From: an uncultured Planctomycetota bacterium
Lineage (GTDB): Bacteria > Planctomycetota > Planctomycetia > Isosphaerales > Isosphaeraceae
Length of the DNA stretch: 64,000 bases
Assembly: GCA_963845755.1 (NCBI GenBank)
Contig: CAWJTV010000019.1
Location: 160,001-224,000, forward strand
Direction of reading: 5' to 3'
Below are positions 12,446 to 22,974 of this stretch, piece by piece. Numbering within the stretch: position 1 is the first letter of the stretch; every line of letters starts with the position of its first letter. The notes beneath the pieces are model-generated. The model had not been told where the DNA came from and searched no databases. It saw only the letters and a list, made by a program, of their open reading frames with translations. The translations under genes and the position numbers were made by a program.

Positions 12446-13783
12446 ATGATGCGGAACTCATGCGCGATTCGTCGCCGAGCGATCCTTTTCTGCCTGGTAT
12501 CGGCGGCTTCGCTGGCACCGATCGCCGACGCGGATGCCCAGGCAGCGGAGAAGTCCCCGAAGGCGACCCTGGTCCGGGCCGCGCGGCTGGTGGACGTGAA
12601 GGCGGGCAAGATCCTCGAGGATCGCGGGGTCTGGATCGAGGGTGACCGCATCAAAGAGGTCGGGCCGATCGCTGACGTTCGCAAGCACGCGCCACGCGAT
12701 GTGGAGGAAGTGGACCTGAGGGATGCGACGATCCTGCCCGGCCTGATCGACTGCCATACCCACCTCCTCATGAATTACTCGAAGCAGATGGGCGACGACG
12801 TGAACATGCTGCTGACGGTTGCCCAGCTCGGGACGACCCGGCGCGCCCTGCTCGGCGTGGCGATGGCGCGAGAGGACCTGGAGGCGGGCTTCACGACGGT
12901 GCGCGACCTGGGCAACTCGGGCGTCAACGGCGACGTCGCCTTGCGCGAGGCGATCCGGGCCGGCTGGGTCGTCGGGCCGAGGATCGTGGCCTCCACGCGG
13001 GCGCTGTCGGCCGTCGGGGGTCAGTTCGGCGACCTGGCGCACGAGGCCCAGAAGTTGATCGAGCACGAGTACGTGGCCGTCAGCGGCGTCGAGGACGCCC
13101 GCCGCGCCGTGAGGCAGGCGATCTACGACGGTGCTGACTGTATCAAGGTGATCGTCAACACTGGCCCTCGCGTGGTGTCGCTGGAGGAGATGAGGGTTAT
13201 CGTCGAGGAAGCTCACCGCGTCAACAAGAAGGTCGCCGCTCACGCCGATGGTGACCCGGCGACGCGGATCGCCGCCGAGGCGGGCGTTGACTCGATCGAG
13301 CACGCCTACACCGTGCCCGATGATGTGCTCAAGATCATGGCGGAGAAACACATCTTCCTCGTCCCCACCGACTTCCCGGCCGTCGACAGCTACGCAACCC
13401 CGCCCATCCCGCCCGAGATGGCCGTGGGTATCCAGCGATTTATCGACGCCAACCACGACCGGCTCAGGCGGGCGATCAAGCTGGGAGTCCCGATCGCCAC
13501 CGGGTCCGACACGTATTTCCAGACACCGGGGAAGACGCGCGGCCAGGCGAGTCTCGCGATGCTCCGCTCTCACGTCGCGGCCGGCATGACCCCAGCCCAG
13601 GTCCTTCGCGCGGCCACCGCCGACGCCGCCGAGTTGCTCGGCATGGCCGACCAGATCGGCTCGATCGAGGCCGGCAAGTTCGCCGACATCATCGCCGTAC
13701 CCGGCAACCCCCTCGACGATATCGGTGCGATCGAGCGCGTGAGCTTCGTGATGAAGGGAGGCGCCATCGTTCATCGCCGGTGA
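12446..13783 (+). CDS. Secreted metal-dependent amidohydrolase (Xaa-Pro dipeptidase-like)
   Basis: ILPGLIDCHTH, GFTTVRDLG, GADCIK, AAHADG, SIEHA, GSD, GSIEAGKFADIIAV. Confidence 0.9.
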   Translation: MMRNSCAIRRRAILFCLVSAASLAPIADADAQAAEKSPKATLVRAARLVDVKAGKILEDRGVWIEGDRIKEVGPIADVRKHAPRDVEEVDLRDATILPGLIDCHTHLLMNYSKQMGDDVNMLLTVAQLGTTRRALLGVAMAREDLEAGFTTVRDLGNSGVNGDVALREAIRAGWVVGPRIVASTRALSAVGGQFGDLAHEAQKLIEHEYVAVSGVEDARRAVRQAIYDGADCIKVIVNTGPRVVSLEEMRVIVEEAHRVNKKVAAHADGDPATRIAAEAGVDSIEHAYTVPDDVLKIMAEKHIFLVPTDFPAVDSYATPPIPPEMAVGIQRFIDANHDRLRRAIKLGVPIATGSDTYFQTPGKTRGQASLAMLRSHVAAGMTPAQVLRAATADAAELLGMADQIGSIEAGKFADIIAVPGNPLDDIGAIERVSFVMKGGAIVHRR

Positions 13784-14081
13784 ACCAACCCGCGGGGGTG
13801 TTCACGGGACGACGACCTGTCGGATCACCGACCCCTTCGGCGCGAGTATCCCGTTCTACACGGCGATCAACGCGGTGACGAAGACGGGCTGGGAGGGACG
13901 GAGGCGAAGCCGGACGTCGCCGTGCCGGCCAACTAGCGGGCCGGACGGCAATCGGCCGCGTTACGATCGAGCGGCTCAGTATCGACGATCCGTTCCGCGT
14001 CGAACTCTGCGAGGAGCTGATGGCGGAGGGGCTGTTCCCGCCGGTGTGATGTGCATGCGCGATCAATGGCGCGGCACGGCC

Positions 14082-15747
14082 TCACGCGGCGACCGAGGGC
14101 ACACCGGCCCGCTCGGGTCGGACGCGCGGTCCGTTGAGGAAGCGCCCTAACCAGGTGTAGCGCACCAGCACCTGGTATGTCCACAATAGGAACGAAGTCA
14201 CAACCGCGACGATGAGCACGAACTTCGCGAAGGCCGGGAGCGGCCAGTCCCGCACCGCGTACTGGGCCGCGATGACCAGAGGCAGGTGGGCGAGGTAGAG
14301 CCAGTAGGCCGAGTCTGACAGATACGCGCATCGTCGGGCTCTCAACCGGGCAGACCCGACGGAACAGTCCCATCAGGCCGAACGTCATGAGCCAGGGGTA
14401 GGCCGCTTGCAAGCCGACCAGGAGGATCCGGCGCGGCAGCGGGTCGAGCGCGATACCGGCGACACTTGGCGATGCGGGCCATCCCACGGACAGGGCCATC
14501 CCCAACGGTAGGACGACAATTAGACCGATCGCAAGCGGGAGCCACCAAGGCTCGCCGACCCGATCGGAGCGGTCGTCGAACCCGTAATAGAGCGCACCGA
14601 ATCCGAAGAAGATCGCGTAATACCCCAGGACGTGCGGGATCGGCAGGAGTCCCGACGACGTATCCGGCCCGAAGATCGGCGAAGTGCCGCCGGATCCCAT
14701 GAACGACTGCGGGAGCATCGTCAGGGGGATCAGCCAGAGGTAGTGGGCGGGCGAGACGACCAACCACGCGGGCAGTCGGATCGTCGGGAGCCGCGCGCTA
14801 AGGGCGGAGACGGCCGCCAGCCCGAGCACAAGCCACCAGAGGAACCACAGGAACCAGAGGTGGCTCAAGAGGGGAATCTGCATGAGCAGGTCCGCCAGGC
14901 CCGCCGTCCGCCCTGTCGTCGCACCCCTCTGGCGCAGGGACTCCGCGATCGCGGCCTTGCGGAGGCCCAGGCCGTCCTTTTTCACCGGGAGCTGGAGGAG
15001 CGACGCGAAGTAGAGCGTCGTCCCCTCGTCAACGGACGCATTATCGAGCGGGGTCTCGCCGCGTTTGTTCGCCGCGTTGACGTTCGCTCCATTCTTGATG
15101 AGCGCGGCGACGACCTCCTGGTTGCCGAGGAATGCCGCCGCATGCAGGGGCGTCCCGCCGTCGATCGCGACGGCCTTCACGTCCGCGCCTCGCCTGATGA
15201 GCAGCTCAGCGGCCTCCGCGCGATTCGACAGTGCCGCGCGGTGCAGGGGCGTCAAGCCGAGTTCGCCATCCAGACCATTAACCGCCGTCCCATTCGCCAG
15301 GTGCCGCTCGATCGCGTCGAGGTCGCCCGCTTCTGCCGCCACCCAGATCGTCGATGCGTCTGCGGTCGCGGAGGTATTGCTGGATTTACGGGGAGACGAC
15401 ATCGCGATGGAAGAGATCCAGTTCGTGGCCGGGACGACGGTCACCATGCCCGCCAATAAAGGGAGGAACACCCGGCGGAAGCGGTGCTTGACCAGTGCCC
15501 CGCGGCCCCGTCGTTGCAACAGCATCGCGCTGAAGAAGCCGCTCATGACGAAGAAGACCGGCATGCGGAAGCCGTGGATGGCCGAGACGAGGACCCCGAA
15601 CGTGGCGTCCTGCCGAGTATCCGCGACGACCCAGAATGACGGGAAGAACGAGAGAGCCGCGTGCAGGGCGATCCCGAGCAGCATGGCGACGGCCCGCAGG
15701 GCGTCAAGGTCGGATCGGCGGGAAAGGGGTGGGTTTTGGTCGCTCAT
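14082..15747 (-). CDS. Acyltransferase-3 (OpgC-like) membrane protein with inserted ankyrin repeats (frameshift near 14330)
   Basis: [44 protein letters not shown] and [12 protein letters not shown] motifs; ankyrin repeats [18 protein letters not shown] and GETPLDNA. Confidence 0.85.
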
Positions 15748-15949
15748 GGAAGATGTTCGCTCGGCCTCGTTCGATATTGAGTCGGGGCTTCCCGGCAGAA
15801 CCGTGGTGGCCCGGCGGCCTGGCCGGCCGAGTCCGATCGTCATCCGTGTTACACGAGCGGGCAGGCCATCGAGCGGCAGGCGGCGAAGTTGCCGGAGTTC
15901 CTGCACCGGATGGGCCGCGAGGCGAAGCAGGAACACATTGGGCTTAGAG

Positions 15950-16012
15950 GCCCTAACAAAGATGGGGACTGGCACCTCGAAGACTCGGAGCCAGTCCCCA
16001 TTTTGTTAGGGC
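15950..16012. repeat. Stand-alone inverted repeat (REP-like hairpin)
   Basis: GCCCTAACAAAGATGGGGACTGGC ... GCCAGTCCCCATTTTGTTAGGGC, a near-perfect stem of about 23 bp. Confidence 0.8.
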
Positions 16013-16227
16013 TTGTTATGATCGACCGCGATGACCTGGAGATCGACTTCCCACGGGGAAGGACAGTGTGCGTCCGGCCAAACCCATCTCCCGCCCCGCG
16101 CAGGTCTTGGGCATGAATGTGCTGGCTCTGGGATGCATCCGGAGCGAGGGGGTGGAGAAGCAGATCGTAGGTGGAGTAGACTACGGATCGTACCGCTAAG
16201 ACGAGTCGTGAGGCCGCGAGACATCCG

Positions 16228-16833
16228 ATGGAGCTGGATCACGTCACCTTCGTCGGGCCGCCCATTGATGACGGCGAGATCCTTGCCAAGATCCCGGCCA
16301 ACCTCGCTGGTCTGTTGCAGCAGTTGAACGGATTCATCCAATTCCACGGCGGTCTTCATGTTCGGGGAGCGTGTCGGCAGCCGTCCTGGCACTCGCTCCG
16401 AGATGCCTGGGTCGGAGTGCATGCTTTCCACAGCCTCTACCCGGCGGTCCATCTGGAGGACATTCCCTTTGCGGAGGATTGCTTGGGCGACCAGTTCATC
16501 CTGCGCGATGGGCGAGTGCTTCGGCTATCAGCCGAAACGGGGGAGTTGCAGGCGTTAAACTTGGACCTCGCCGGGTTCTTCCACGCAGTTCAGGCCGATC
16601 CGATCGAATTCTTGTCTCTCGAGCCCCTCCTCCAATTCCAGCGAGACGGCGGCGCGCTGGAACTGGGGCAGTTGCTCGCCGCGTACCCACCCTTCTGCAC
16701 CGAGCAATCGGCGGACGGCGTTCACCTGGCGCCCATCTCTGCACACGAGCGTCGGCGGTTCCTGGCGGACTTCGCCGCGCAGATCCACGATGTGCCGGAA
16801 GGTGGGAAGATCGTGTTCAAGCTCGGCGAGTGA
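16228..16833 (+). CDS. SMI1/KNR4 (SUKH)-like immunity-type protein
   Basis: IPANLAGLLQQLNG...IPFAEDCLGDQFILRDGRVLRLSAETGE...LDLAGFF. Confidence 0.65.
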   Translation: MELDHVTFVGPPIDDGEILAKIPANLAGLLQQLNGFIQFHGGLHVRGACRQPSWHSLRDAWVGVHAFHSLYPAVHLEDIPFAEDCLGDQFILRDGRVLRLSAETGELQALNLDLAGFFHAVQADPIEFLSLEPLLQFQRDGGALELGQLLAAYPPFCTEQSADGVHLAPISAHERRRFLADFAAQIHDVPEGGKIVFKLGE

Positions 16834-16834
16834 G

Positions 16835-17130
16835 TCAGCGTCCGTCCCGGAGCGTCGCGTCGGCGGCCACAACGGGCGACCAGCGGTCGGGAGGAAGCTC
16901 GGCCCGGTGCTCCTTCGGGAGAGCCGGTAACCGCTCCAGCACATCACGCAGGTACACGAACGGGTCGTGGCCGTGACGCTGGCAGCTCGACACTACGCTG
17001 AACAGCACTACCATCGTCTTGCCGCCGTTCTCACTCCCAGTAAACAACCAATTCTTGCGTCCTGTATTAATTGTCTTCATATGTTGATTGGCCGCATTGT
17101 TGTCGATCACCAGGTACCTCGACCCCGCCG
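16835..17130 (-). mobile_element. IS66 family transposase (TnpC) C-terminal remnant
   Basis: IDNNAAN...GRKNWLFTGSENGG...SVVSSCQRHGHDPFVYLRDVLERLP...ELPPDRW; the N-terminal part is absent. Confidence 0.85.
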
Positions 17131-17413
17131 TCCCGCGCATGTTGCACGAACAGCCGAACGCGTTCGGCCTGACGATTAACTCCAGCACCTATGATTGCGA
17201 GCTCTGCGAAGGCCCAGTGATGCGTGGCGGCGACGGGTGTGGGTCGGTTTGCGGTCGCATCGGCAAGCTCATCACGTGGTTTCCGCTCGCTTCGTCCTTC
17301 CGGATTCGAGACGAGGAGATCAATGGGTGGTGGATCGACCAGGTTTTCGTCCGGCACGTGCGCTCGATCATTCCAGATGGACTGATCGCGTGTTTGTTGG
17401 TCGGAGGCTTTAG

Positions 17414-17569
17414 GAGCGTTTGGAAACAAGGAAGTTGCCGCCAGTGAACGAGCTTGGCGCCAGAAGCCGTGCCTCACGTCTTCACCGGCGTGGCATGCCG
17501 GCAGCGGTCGGCTTTCCGTCCGTTTGGCCACCTTAGGAGAAAACCGCGAGTCCTTTCTTCGGAACGCTC
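17414..17569. mobile_element. MITE-like element with terminal inverted repeats
   Basis: Ends GAGCGTTTGGAA and TTCGGAACGCTC. Partial inverted copies lie at about 19614-19687 and 19890-19950. Confidence 0.6.
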
Positions 17570-17726
17570 TTAAGTTAGGGATCGAAGAGTCTCACGCGGA
17601 GACGCGGAGCACGCGGAGTCCGACCGAGGCAGCCGAGGATCGGATTTCGCATGCGAAGCGGGTTTTCTCCGCGTCTCCGCGTGAAATCCGGATTGGGAAC
17701 GGACCGCGTTGCGGTTCAACGGCGTT
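17548..17726. repeat. ~180-bp repeat, copy 1 (inverted relative to 19735-19912)
   Basis: Reverse complement of 19735-19912. Contains an internal 18-bp IR TCACGCGGAGACGCGGAG (17592-17609 and 17667-17684). Confidence 0.85.
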
Positions 17727-18321
17727 GTGACATCCAGTCCATGCTGTCCCATAGCGGCAGCGCGCAAGTTCTTCCGGGAACCGGTCCGGAGCACGCATGA
17801 AGAGCGGGTCGATCAGGCCGACGCTCGCCCCGGCGCGGCGGATACCGATGGCGATCCTCGCCGCGTCGGGGCCGGGCGGCAACTCGCACTCGGCGACGAA
17901 CGGCTCGTCGGGCTACCGCGACCGTCCCTTGCGGAAATCCGCCACCTTCGCATGGGCGGTCTTGAAATGCGCCACACACCTCCTCCACACCGCGCAAGAA
18001 ATCCTCGAGTCGAACGGAGGCGAGCCCGAACGTGACGATGGCAGTGACTACACCAGCCTGGCACGCGAACGGAGCCGGCCCTCGATGAGATCTTCGCATC
18101 CCTTGCCGTCCCAGGCCAGTGGTTCATTTCGGGTTTCGCGTGCCGGGATGATTGCGTTGTCCGCGTTTTCCCTTTATCCTACGGTCGTCATGGAACTCAC
18201 ACCCGGCTTCGGGGTGCCGGCGCGGCGGTCATGCGTGCGAGGTTTCGACACGCGGGGACGAACCTCTCTGCACCGCCGCGAATTCGTCCCCGCTCTCCTG
18301 GCTCAATCGGAGTCTACACCA

Positions 18322-19500
18322 ATGGTATTCGACGGCCTTCTCGCCGCGCGATGGTGGTTACTGACGATACTGATCTGCACCGTCACAACAGGCTTCGCTA
18401 CGCCTCCGAGCTCCGGGGCGGACCCCGAGAAGTTCTGGGTCTTCGTGGGGACCTACACCGGCCGCAGCGGCAGCAAGGGGATCTACCGGATGGAGTTCGA
18501 CCCGGCATCGGGCAAGCTGTCGGAGCCGACGCTTGCCGCCGAGTTGGACAATCCCTCGTTCCTCGCGGTCCACCCGACGCACAAGTACCTCTACGCTGTG
18601 AACGAGAGCGACGGCAGGGACAACGGCGCAGTGACCTCGTTCGCTCTCGACCCCAAATCGGGGGAGCTGACCAAGCTCAACCAGCAGTCATCGATGGGGA
18701 ACGGGCCGTGCCACCTGGTGGTCAACGCCACCGGCAAGAACGTCCTCGTGGCCAACTACGGCGGCGGCAATGTGGCCGTGCTGCCCATCGGCCCCGATGG
18801 AAAACTCGGTGCCGCCTCTGAGTTCATCCAGCACAAGGGCAAGGTCTTCGACGCCAGACGGCAGGGGAGTCCACACGCTCATTCGATCAACGTCAACAAG
18901 GCCAATCGATTCGCCGTGGTCGCCGACCTCGGCCTCGACCGCGTCTTCGTCTACAAGTTCGACCCGACCCAGGGCAAACTCGCGCCCAATGACCCGCCGG
19001 CGACCAAGCTCAAGGATCGCTCCGGCCCTCGCCATTTCGCGTTTCATCCCGACGGCAAGCACGCCTATGTGATCAATGAAATCAACTGCACCGTGACCGC
19101 GTTCGATTACGATCCCGATCACGGGACGCTCACCGAGATCCAGACCATTCCGACGATGCCCACCGGGGTCCAGTCCCGGCACTCGACCGCCGAGGTTGTG
19201 GTCCACCCGTCGGGTCGATTCCTCTACGGCTCGAACCGAGGTCACGACAGCCTGGCCGTCTACACGATCGAGCCCGGGACCGGCCGCCTGACGCTCGTCG
19301 AGTACCAGCCCACTCGTGGAAAGACCCCACGCAACTTCGCGGTCGATCCGACTGGTGCTTATGTGCTGGCCGAGAACATGTCTTCCAACACAATCGTCGT
19401 CTTCCGGGTCAACCCCGCGACCGGTGCTCTCAGCCCGACAGGCCAGGTCGTCGAGGTGCGCAGTCCCTGTTGCGTGAAGTTCGTCCCGATTCCGAAGTGA
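18322..19500 (+). CDS. pgl: Lactonase family 7-bladed beta-propeller (6-phosphogluconolactonase-like), probably exported
   Basis: FVGTYT...SKGIY, NPSFLA, GPCHL, VANYGGG, PHAHS, ADLGLDRV, GPRHFAFHP, SNRGHDS, TPRNF. Confidence 0.9.
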   Translation: MVFDGLLAARWWLLTILICTVTTGFATPPSSGADPEKFWVFVGTYTGRSGSKGIYRMEFDPASGKLSEPTLAAELDNPSFLAVHPTHKYLYAVNESDGRDNGAVTSFALDPKSGELTKLNQQSSMGNGPCHLVVNATGKNVLVANYGGGNVAVLPIGPDGKLGAASEFIQHKGKVFDARRQGSPHAHSINVNKANRFAVVADLGLDRVFVYKFDPTQGKLAPNDPPATKLKDRSGPRHFAFHPDGKHAYVINEINCTVTAFDYDPDHGTLTEIQTIPTMPTGVQSRHSTAEVVVHPSGRFLYGSNRGHDSLAVYTIEPGTGRLTLVEYQPTRGKTPRNFAVDPTGAYVLAENMSSNTIVVFRVNPATGALSPTGQVVEVRSPCCVKFVPIPK

Positions 19501-19734
19501 CGCCTCGTGCGACGTACCGCCCTGCGAATGTCTCCAACGCCGACCCGCCGGGTGACCGGCGGTCCGGCAGACGGGGCGAGGCGACGATGAGGTTCACCGC
19601 ACCGCAGTGGTCAAGAGTGTTCGGAAGAAAAGACTCCCGGTTTCTTGGTAGGGTGGCCAAACGGACCGAGAGCCGACCGCTGCCGGCTTGGCTGGCCGAT
19701 GAAGGGGTTCGGTAGCTCAGATTCCCATCGCTCG

Positions 19735-19912
19735 AACGCCGTTCTACCGCAACGCGGTCCGTTCCCAATCCGGATTTCACGCGGAGACGCGGAGACGCGG
19801 AGAAATCCCGTTTCGCATGCGAAATCCGATCCTCGGCTGCCTCGGTCGGACTCCGCGTCTCCGCGTGAGACTCCTCGATCCCTAACTTAAGAGCGTTCCG
19901 AAGAAAGGACTC
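19735..19912. repeat. ~180-bp repeat, copy 2 (inverted)
   Basis: Reverse complement of 17548-17726. Confidence 0.85.
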
Positions 19913-20067
19913 TCGTTCAATGGTTGCACCTTCATCGTTTCCGAACGCCCCAAGAGACCCGCACCGGAAGGACGGACCCTCCCGGCTTCCGCCGGGGTGG
20001 TCAATCCTCCATTGCCACAGCCGCTTCATGGGCAAGGCTGTGTGGGCATGCCGGTCCGAAACGCGAA

Positions 20068-21231
20068 TCAGCCGTTCCGTTCGCGGGGCTCCCAGCCGAA
20101 GGGATGGAGGGCGTCCTTGAGCGCCAGGCCCACGACCTCGATCTCCTTGGGGTTGTTCGTGCCCAGTCCGAAGGAGGCCGCCATGGCCAGATGGTTGGCC
20201 TCGGGGTACGGCCCCGTCCCGGCGCGCCCATCGGGTCGTAGCCCATGACGGCCGTGGCGACGGAGTCGGTGCAAACCGGGTTGCGGCCGGCCAGCAGGAG
20301 CCCTGGCTTCTGGATGGCCAGTTCCTTGAGCCATGGTCCCTCGCCGCCGGAGACGGTCTCGATCCCATCGATGATCGTCAGGTCGATCGGCCGGATCCCG
20401 AGCGAGTCGAACCGTGTGCCGCGGTACCCGGTACGTCGGCCGCCGGGGCGACTTCGGGTCAACCTCCTGGGGCAAGCCGTCCGCCGGCCGCTCTTCGCCG
20501 GTGTGGAAGATCGCGATTCGGGCCGAGGTGCTCTTTTCGTTCGGCTTGTGGTGCGAGTAGAGCGACGTGGGCGTGATCCCGAAGTTGTTCTTGATGCCCA
20601 GGGTCACGCCGGCGGTCGCATGGTTCTTCAACTTGGCCAGTGAGATGTAGACGTCGCAGTCGATGTAGGAGTGGTTCAGGTGGTAGGCCGGGAACAGGCT
20701 GCCGCCCCAGGGGACCTTCACCTCGGTGTACTGCTTTCCCTTGCCCAGGTTGTGCGTGTCCTCGTAGTCGACGGCCGCTTTCAAGGCCCCCAGGGCGTTC
20801 AGGTCCCAGCCGGCGTCGCGGAGGTACGGCTCGAACGGATCATTCTGGTAGGTGCATTCGACGAAGCGGATGCGACGGGCTCCGGCCTGGTCGAGCAGGG
20901 TCGCGGTGGCCAGGACGACATCCGGATGAACGTGGTAAGTCCGGCCGGCGGGCAGGCCAAGCGCCTGCTGGCGCGGGTTGCCTGTAAGGTTGACCTTGAC
21001 GGCGACCGTCTTGCCGTTGACCAGCTTGGCGAGACCGCCAAGCTGGTCCATCATCGTCTTGAGTTGGCGATAAACGGCCTCCCGGTCATACGCCTTGCAG
21101 CGGGCGATGCTCACCGGAGCGGACGGCTTCGCCGCCGCGGCTCGGAGTGGCGATTGGATCAACGGGAGCGGGGCCAGGAGGGAGGCCCCGGCGACTCGCA
21201 GGAATTCCCGGCGATTGCGACATGGTCCCAT
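20068..21231 (-). CDS. Tat-exported DUF362 family protein (frameshifts near 20410 and 20225)
   Basis: NRREFL Tat signal, VAVKVNLTG, ISLAKLKNHATAGVTLGIKNNFG, LTIIDGI, NPVCTDSVATAVMGYDP. Confidence 0.85.
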   Translation of the reverse strand: MGPCRNRREFLRVAGASLLAPLPLIQSPLRAAAAKPSAPVSIARCKAYDREAVYRQLKTMMDQLGGLAKLVNGKTVAVKVNLTGNPRQQALGLPAGRTYHVHPDVVLATATLLDQAGARRIRFVECTYQNDPFEPYLRDAGWDLNALGALKAAVDYEDTHNLGKGKQYTEVKVPWGGSLFPAYHLNHSYIDCDVYISLAKLKNHATAGVTLGIKNNFGITPTSLYSHHKPNEKSTSARIAIFHTGEERPADGLPQEVDPKSPRRPTYRVPRHTVRLARDPADRPDDHRWDRDRLRRRGTMAQGTGHPEARAPAGRPQPGLHRLRRHGRHGLRPDGRAGTGPYPEANHLAMAASFGLGTNNPKEIEVVGLALKDALHPFGWEPRERNG

Positions 21232-21445
21232 GGCGATTCTCCGTTGTTCGAGATTGGATCGGGCTGTTTGCGAAGGGAAGGGGGCGAGTCGTCTCTCGAA
21301 GGCAATCGCACCTTGCCCACGTTACGGCCCGCACCTCAGGTGCCTACGCACCGATTAGACCGATCTCTTCCCGCCAAGTCCAGGGAGCATCGACCTTCGG
21401 CGGAGATTCTCCCTGGACCCGGACGGGCTCCGAGCCTGCTCGCAC

Positions 21446-22870
21446 TCACCGGGCCAGCCATCGCGACAACCGCGGTCCACCCGCGTCGGCCCACCGCATC
21501 AGGATCGCCAGTTCCTTCGGCTGCGGGAGCGTGTTGAACCGCTTCCGGGCCTGGACAATTTGTAGGTCGGCATTCGAGACCTCCAGCGTTACCAGCCGCG
21601 TCTCTGGTCCCGGTGGTTCGACGACTCTCAGACTCCAGATCGAGCTTCGCCCCGATTCACAGGAGCCCGCGTAGGTCCCCACGCAATGGTTCATCGCCTG
21701 CCCTTCCTCGTCCAGCTCCCGTGAGCAGAGGAGCTCGGCGATCGTGTAGATCCTCCGTGTTTCGCCCTCGGTTTCCTTGAAGACGAATGGTGCGATCCCG
21801 CTCGCCGTCCAGGAGGTGGGCCTCCGGGTTCGATGAGACGCGAGACTCTGGTGCCACTCGGCAATCGCCTGGAGCAAGGTCTCGGGGTCCCGGTCCTTGA
21901 TGGTCAGGTTCGGTTGCCGCGGCACCAGCCTGGGCTGCCCCGGCAGGTGGGCGCTCGGATTGGGCACCTCGGCGACGAACCGCTGATTGTACAAGTAATC
22001 GATGATCGGTCCGTAGTGGATCGAGTCCAGCATCGGGTGGGCGATCAGCCAGCGGAAGACCGAGATCCAGAACGCGTCGTCGGCGAACACCCTGCGGAGC
22101 CGCGTGCCGAGCACGCTCCGTACCAGGCGCTCGCTGCCGCCGAGATCCAGGATCTGCGCCCATCGGAACGCGCCGATCACATCGAAGTCGTCGGGGGCCT
22201 GGAGGTAATGGTGCGCCTGCTTCTTCGTCAGCGGGATCGGCAGCCCGTCCGCCGTCCGGATGTTCTGACCCTGCGCGACGTGAATGAACCACCTCTGGTG
22301 GAGCACACCATCGGCGGTCAACTCCTCCAGCCAGGCGCCGTTCATGAACACCGGGACGTCGTAGCGCGCGAACAGGTGACGGGCCAGCGCAGTGCAGTTG
22401 CCAGCGGGCGACGAGACTGCGCGGCTTCCAATCCTCCGGCCGGCGGATCCAGTTTGAGCTGTGGGCCGCTAGGGCAAGCAGTGTATGCGCATGTCGCTCC
22501 GCATCGTTTCCCCGGAAGAGGCTCGTCCGCCGTTGACACGAGAAGACCAGGTCGCTGAGCGCTTCCATGTCCACGGTCACCGGACCGCCGGTCCGGTACA
22601 ACGCGAGGTTAATCTCCGCGAAGGGCTTGATGACGCGATAAAGGTCGGACGTCGGCACAGGTGGCCGGCCCGCAACTCGGCGATCCGGCGGAGCAGGGGG
22701 TTCGACTCGCGGGGGAGCGATTCCGACCCCCGCCGCAGCCGATGGGCCAGTCGGGCCCTGGACAAGGCGGCGGCCTGAGTGTCCACCCGGAACCGGCGCT
22801 CGGTGCGTTCCTGGAGCTTCCGTTTGGTCTCTAACCGTCTGAGCTTGTTGGACTTGGGTTTGACGTCCAT
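21446..22870 (-). CDS. PcfJ-like domain protein (frameshifts near 22650 and 22395)
   Basis: HLFARYDVPVFMNGAW, WFIHVAQGQNIR, AEWHQSL, ELDEEGQAMNHCVGTYA...SIWSLR...LVTLEV...IVQARKRFN. Confidence 0.8.
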
Positions 22871-22974
22871 GGCGCCGTCTCGTTACGCAAGGAGCAACGA
22901 ACCAATCGACCCGACCTCCCGATGTAGACACGTCGGGGGAGGCCGGGTTCACCGCTCGTTGCACCTTGATCCCA

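Noticed and set aside
17730..18130. Possible small minus-strand CxxC protein (GWCSHCHRH...) or gene remnant
   Set aside because: It needs a frameshift, has no recognisable family, and support is too weak.
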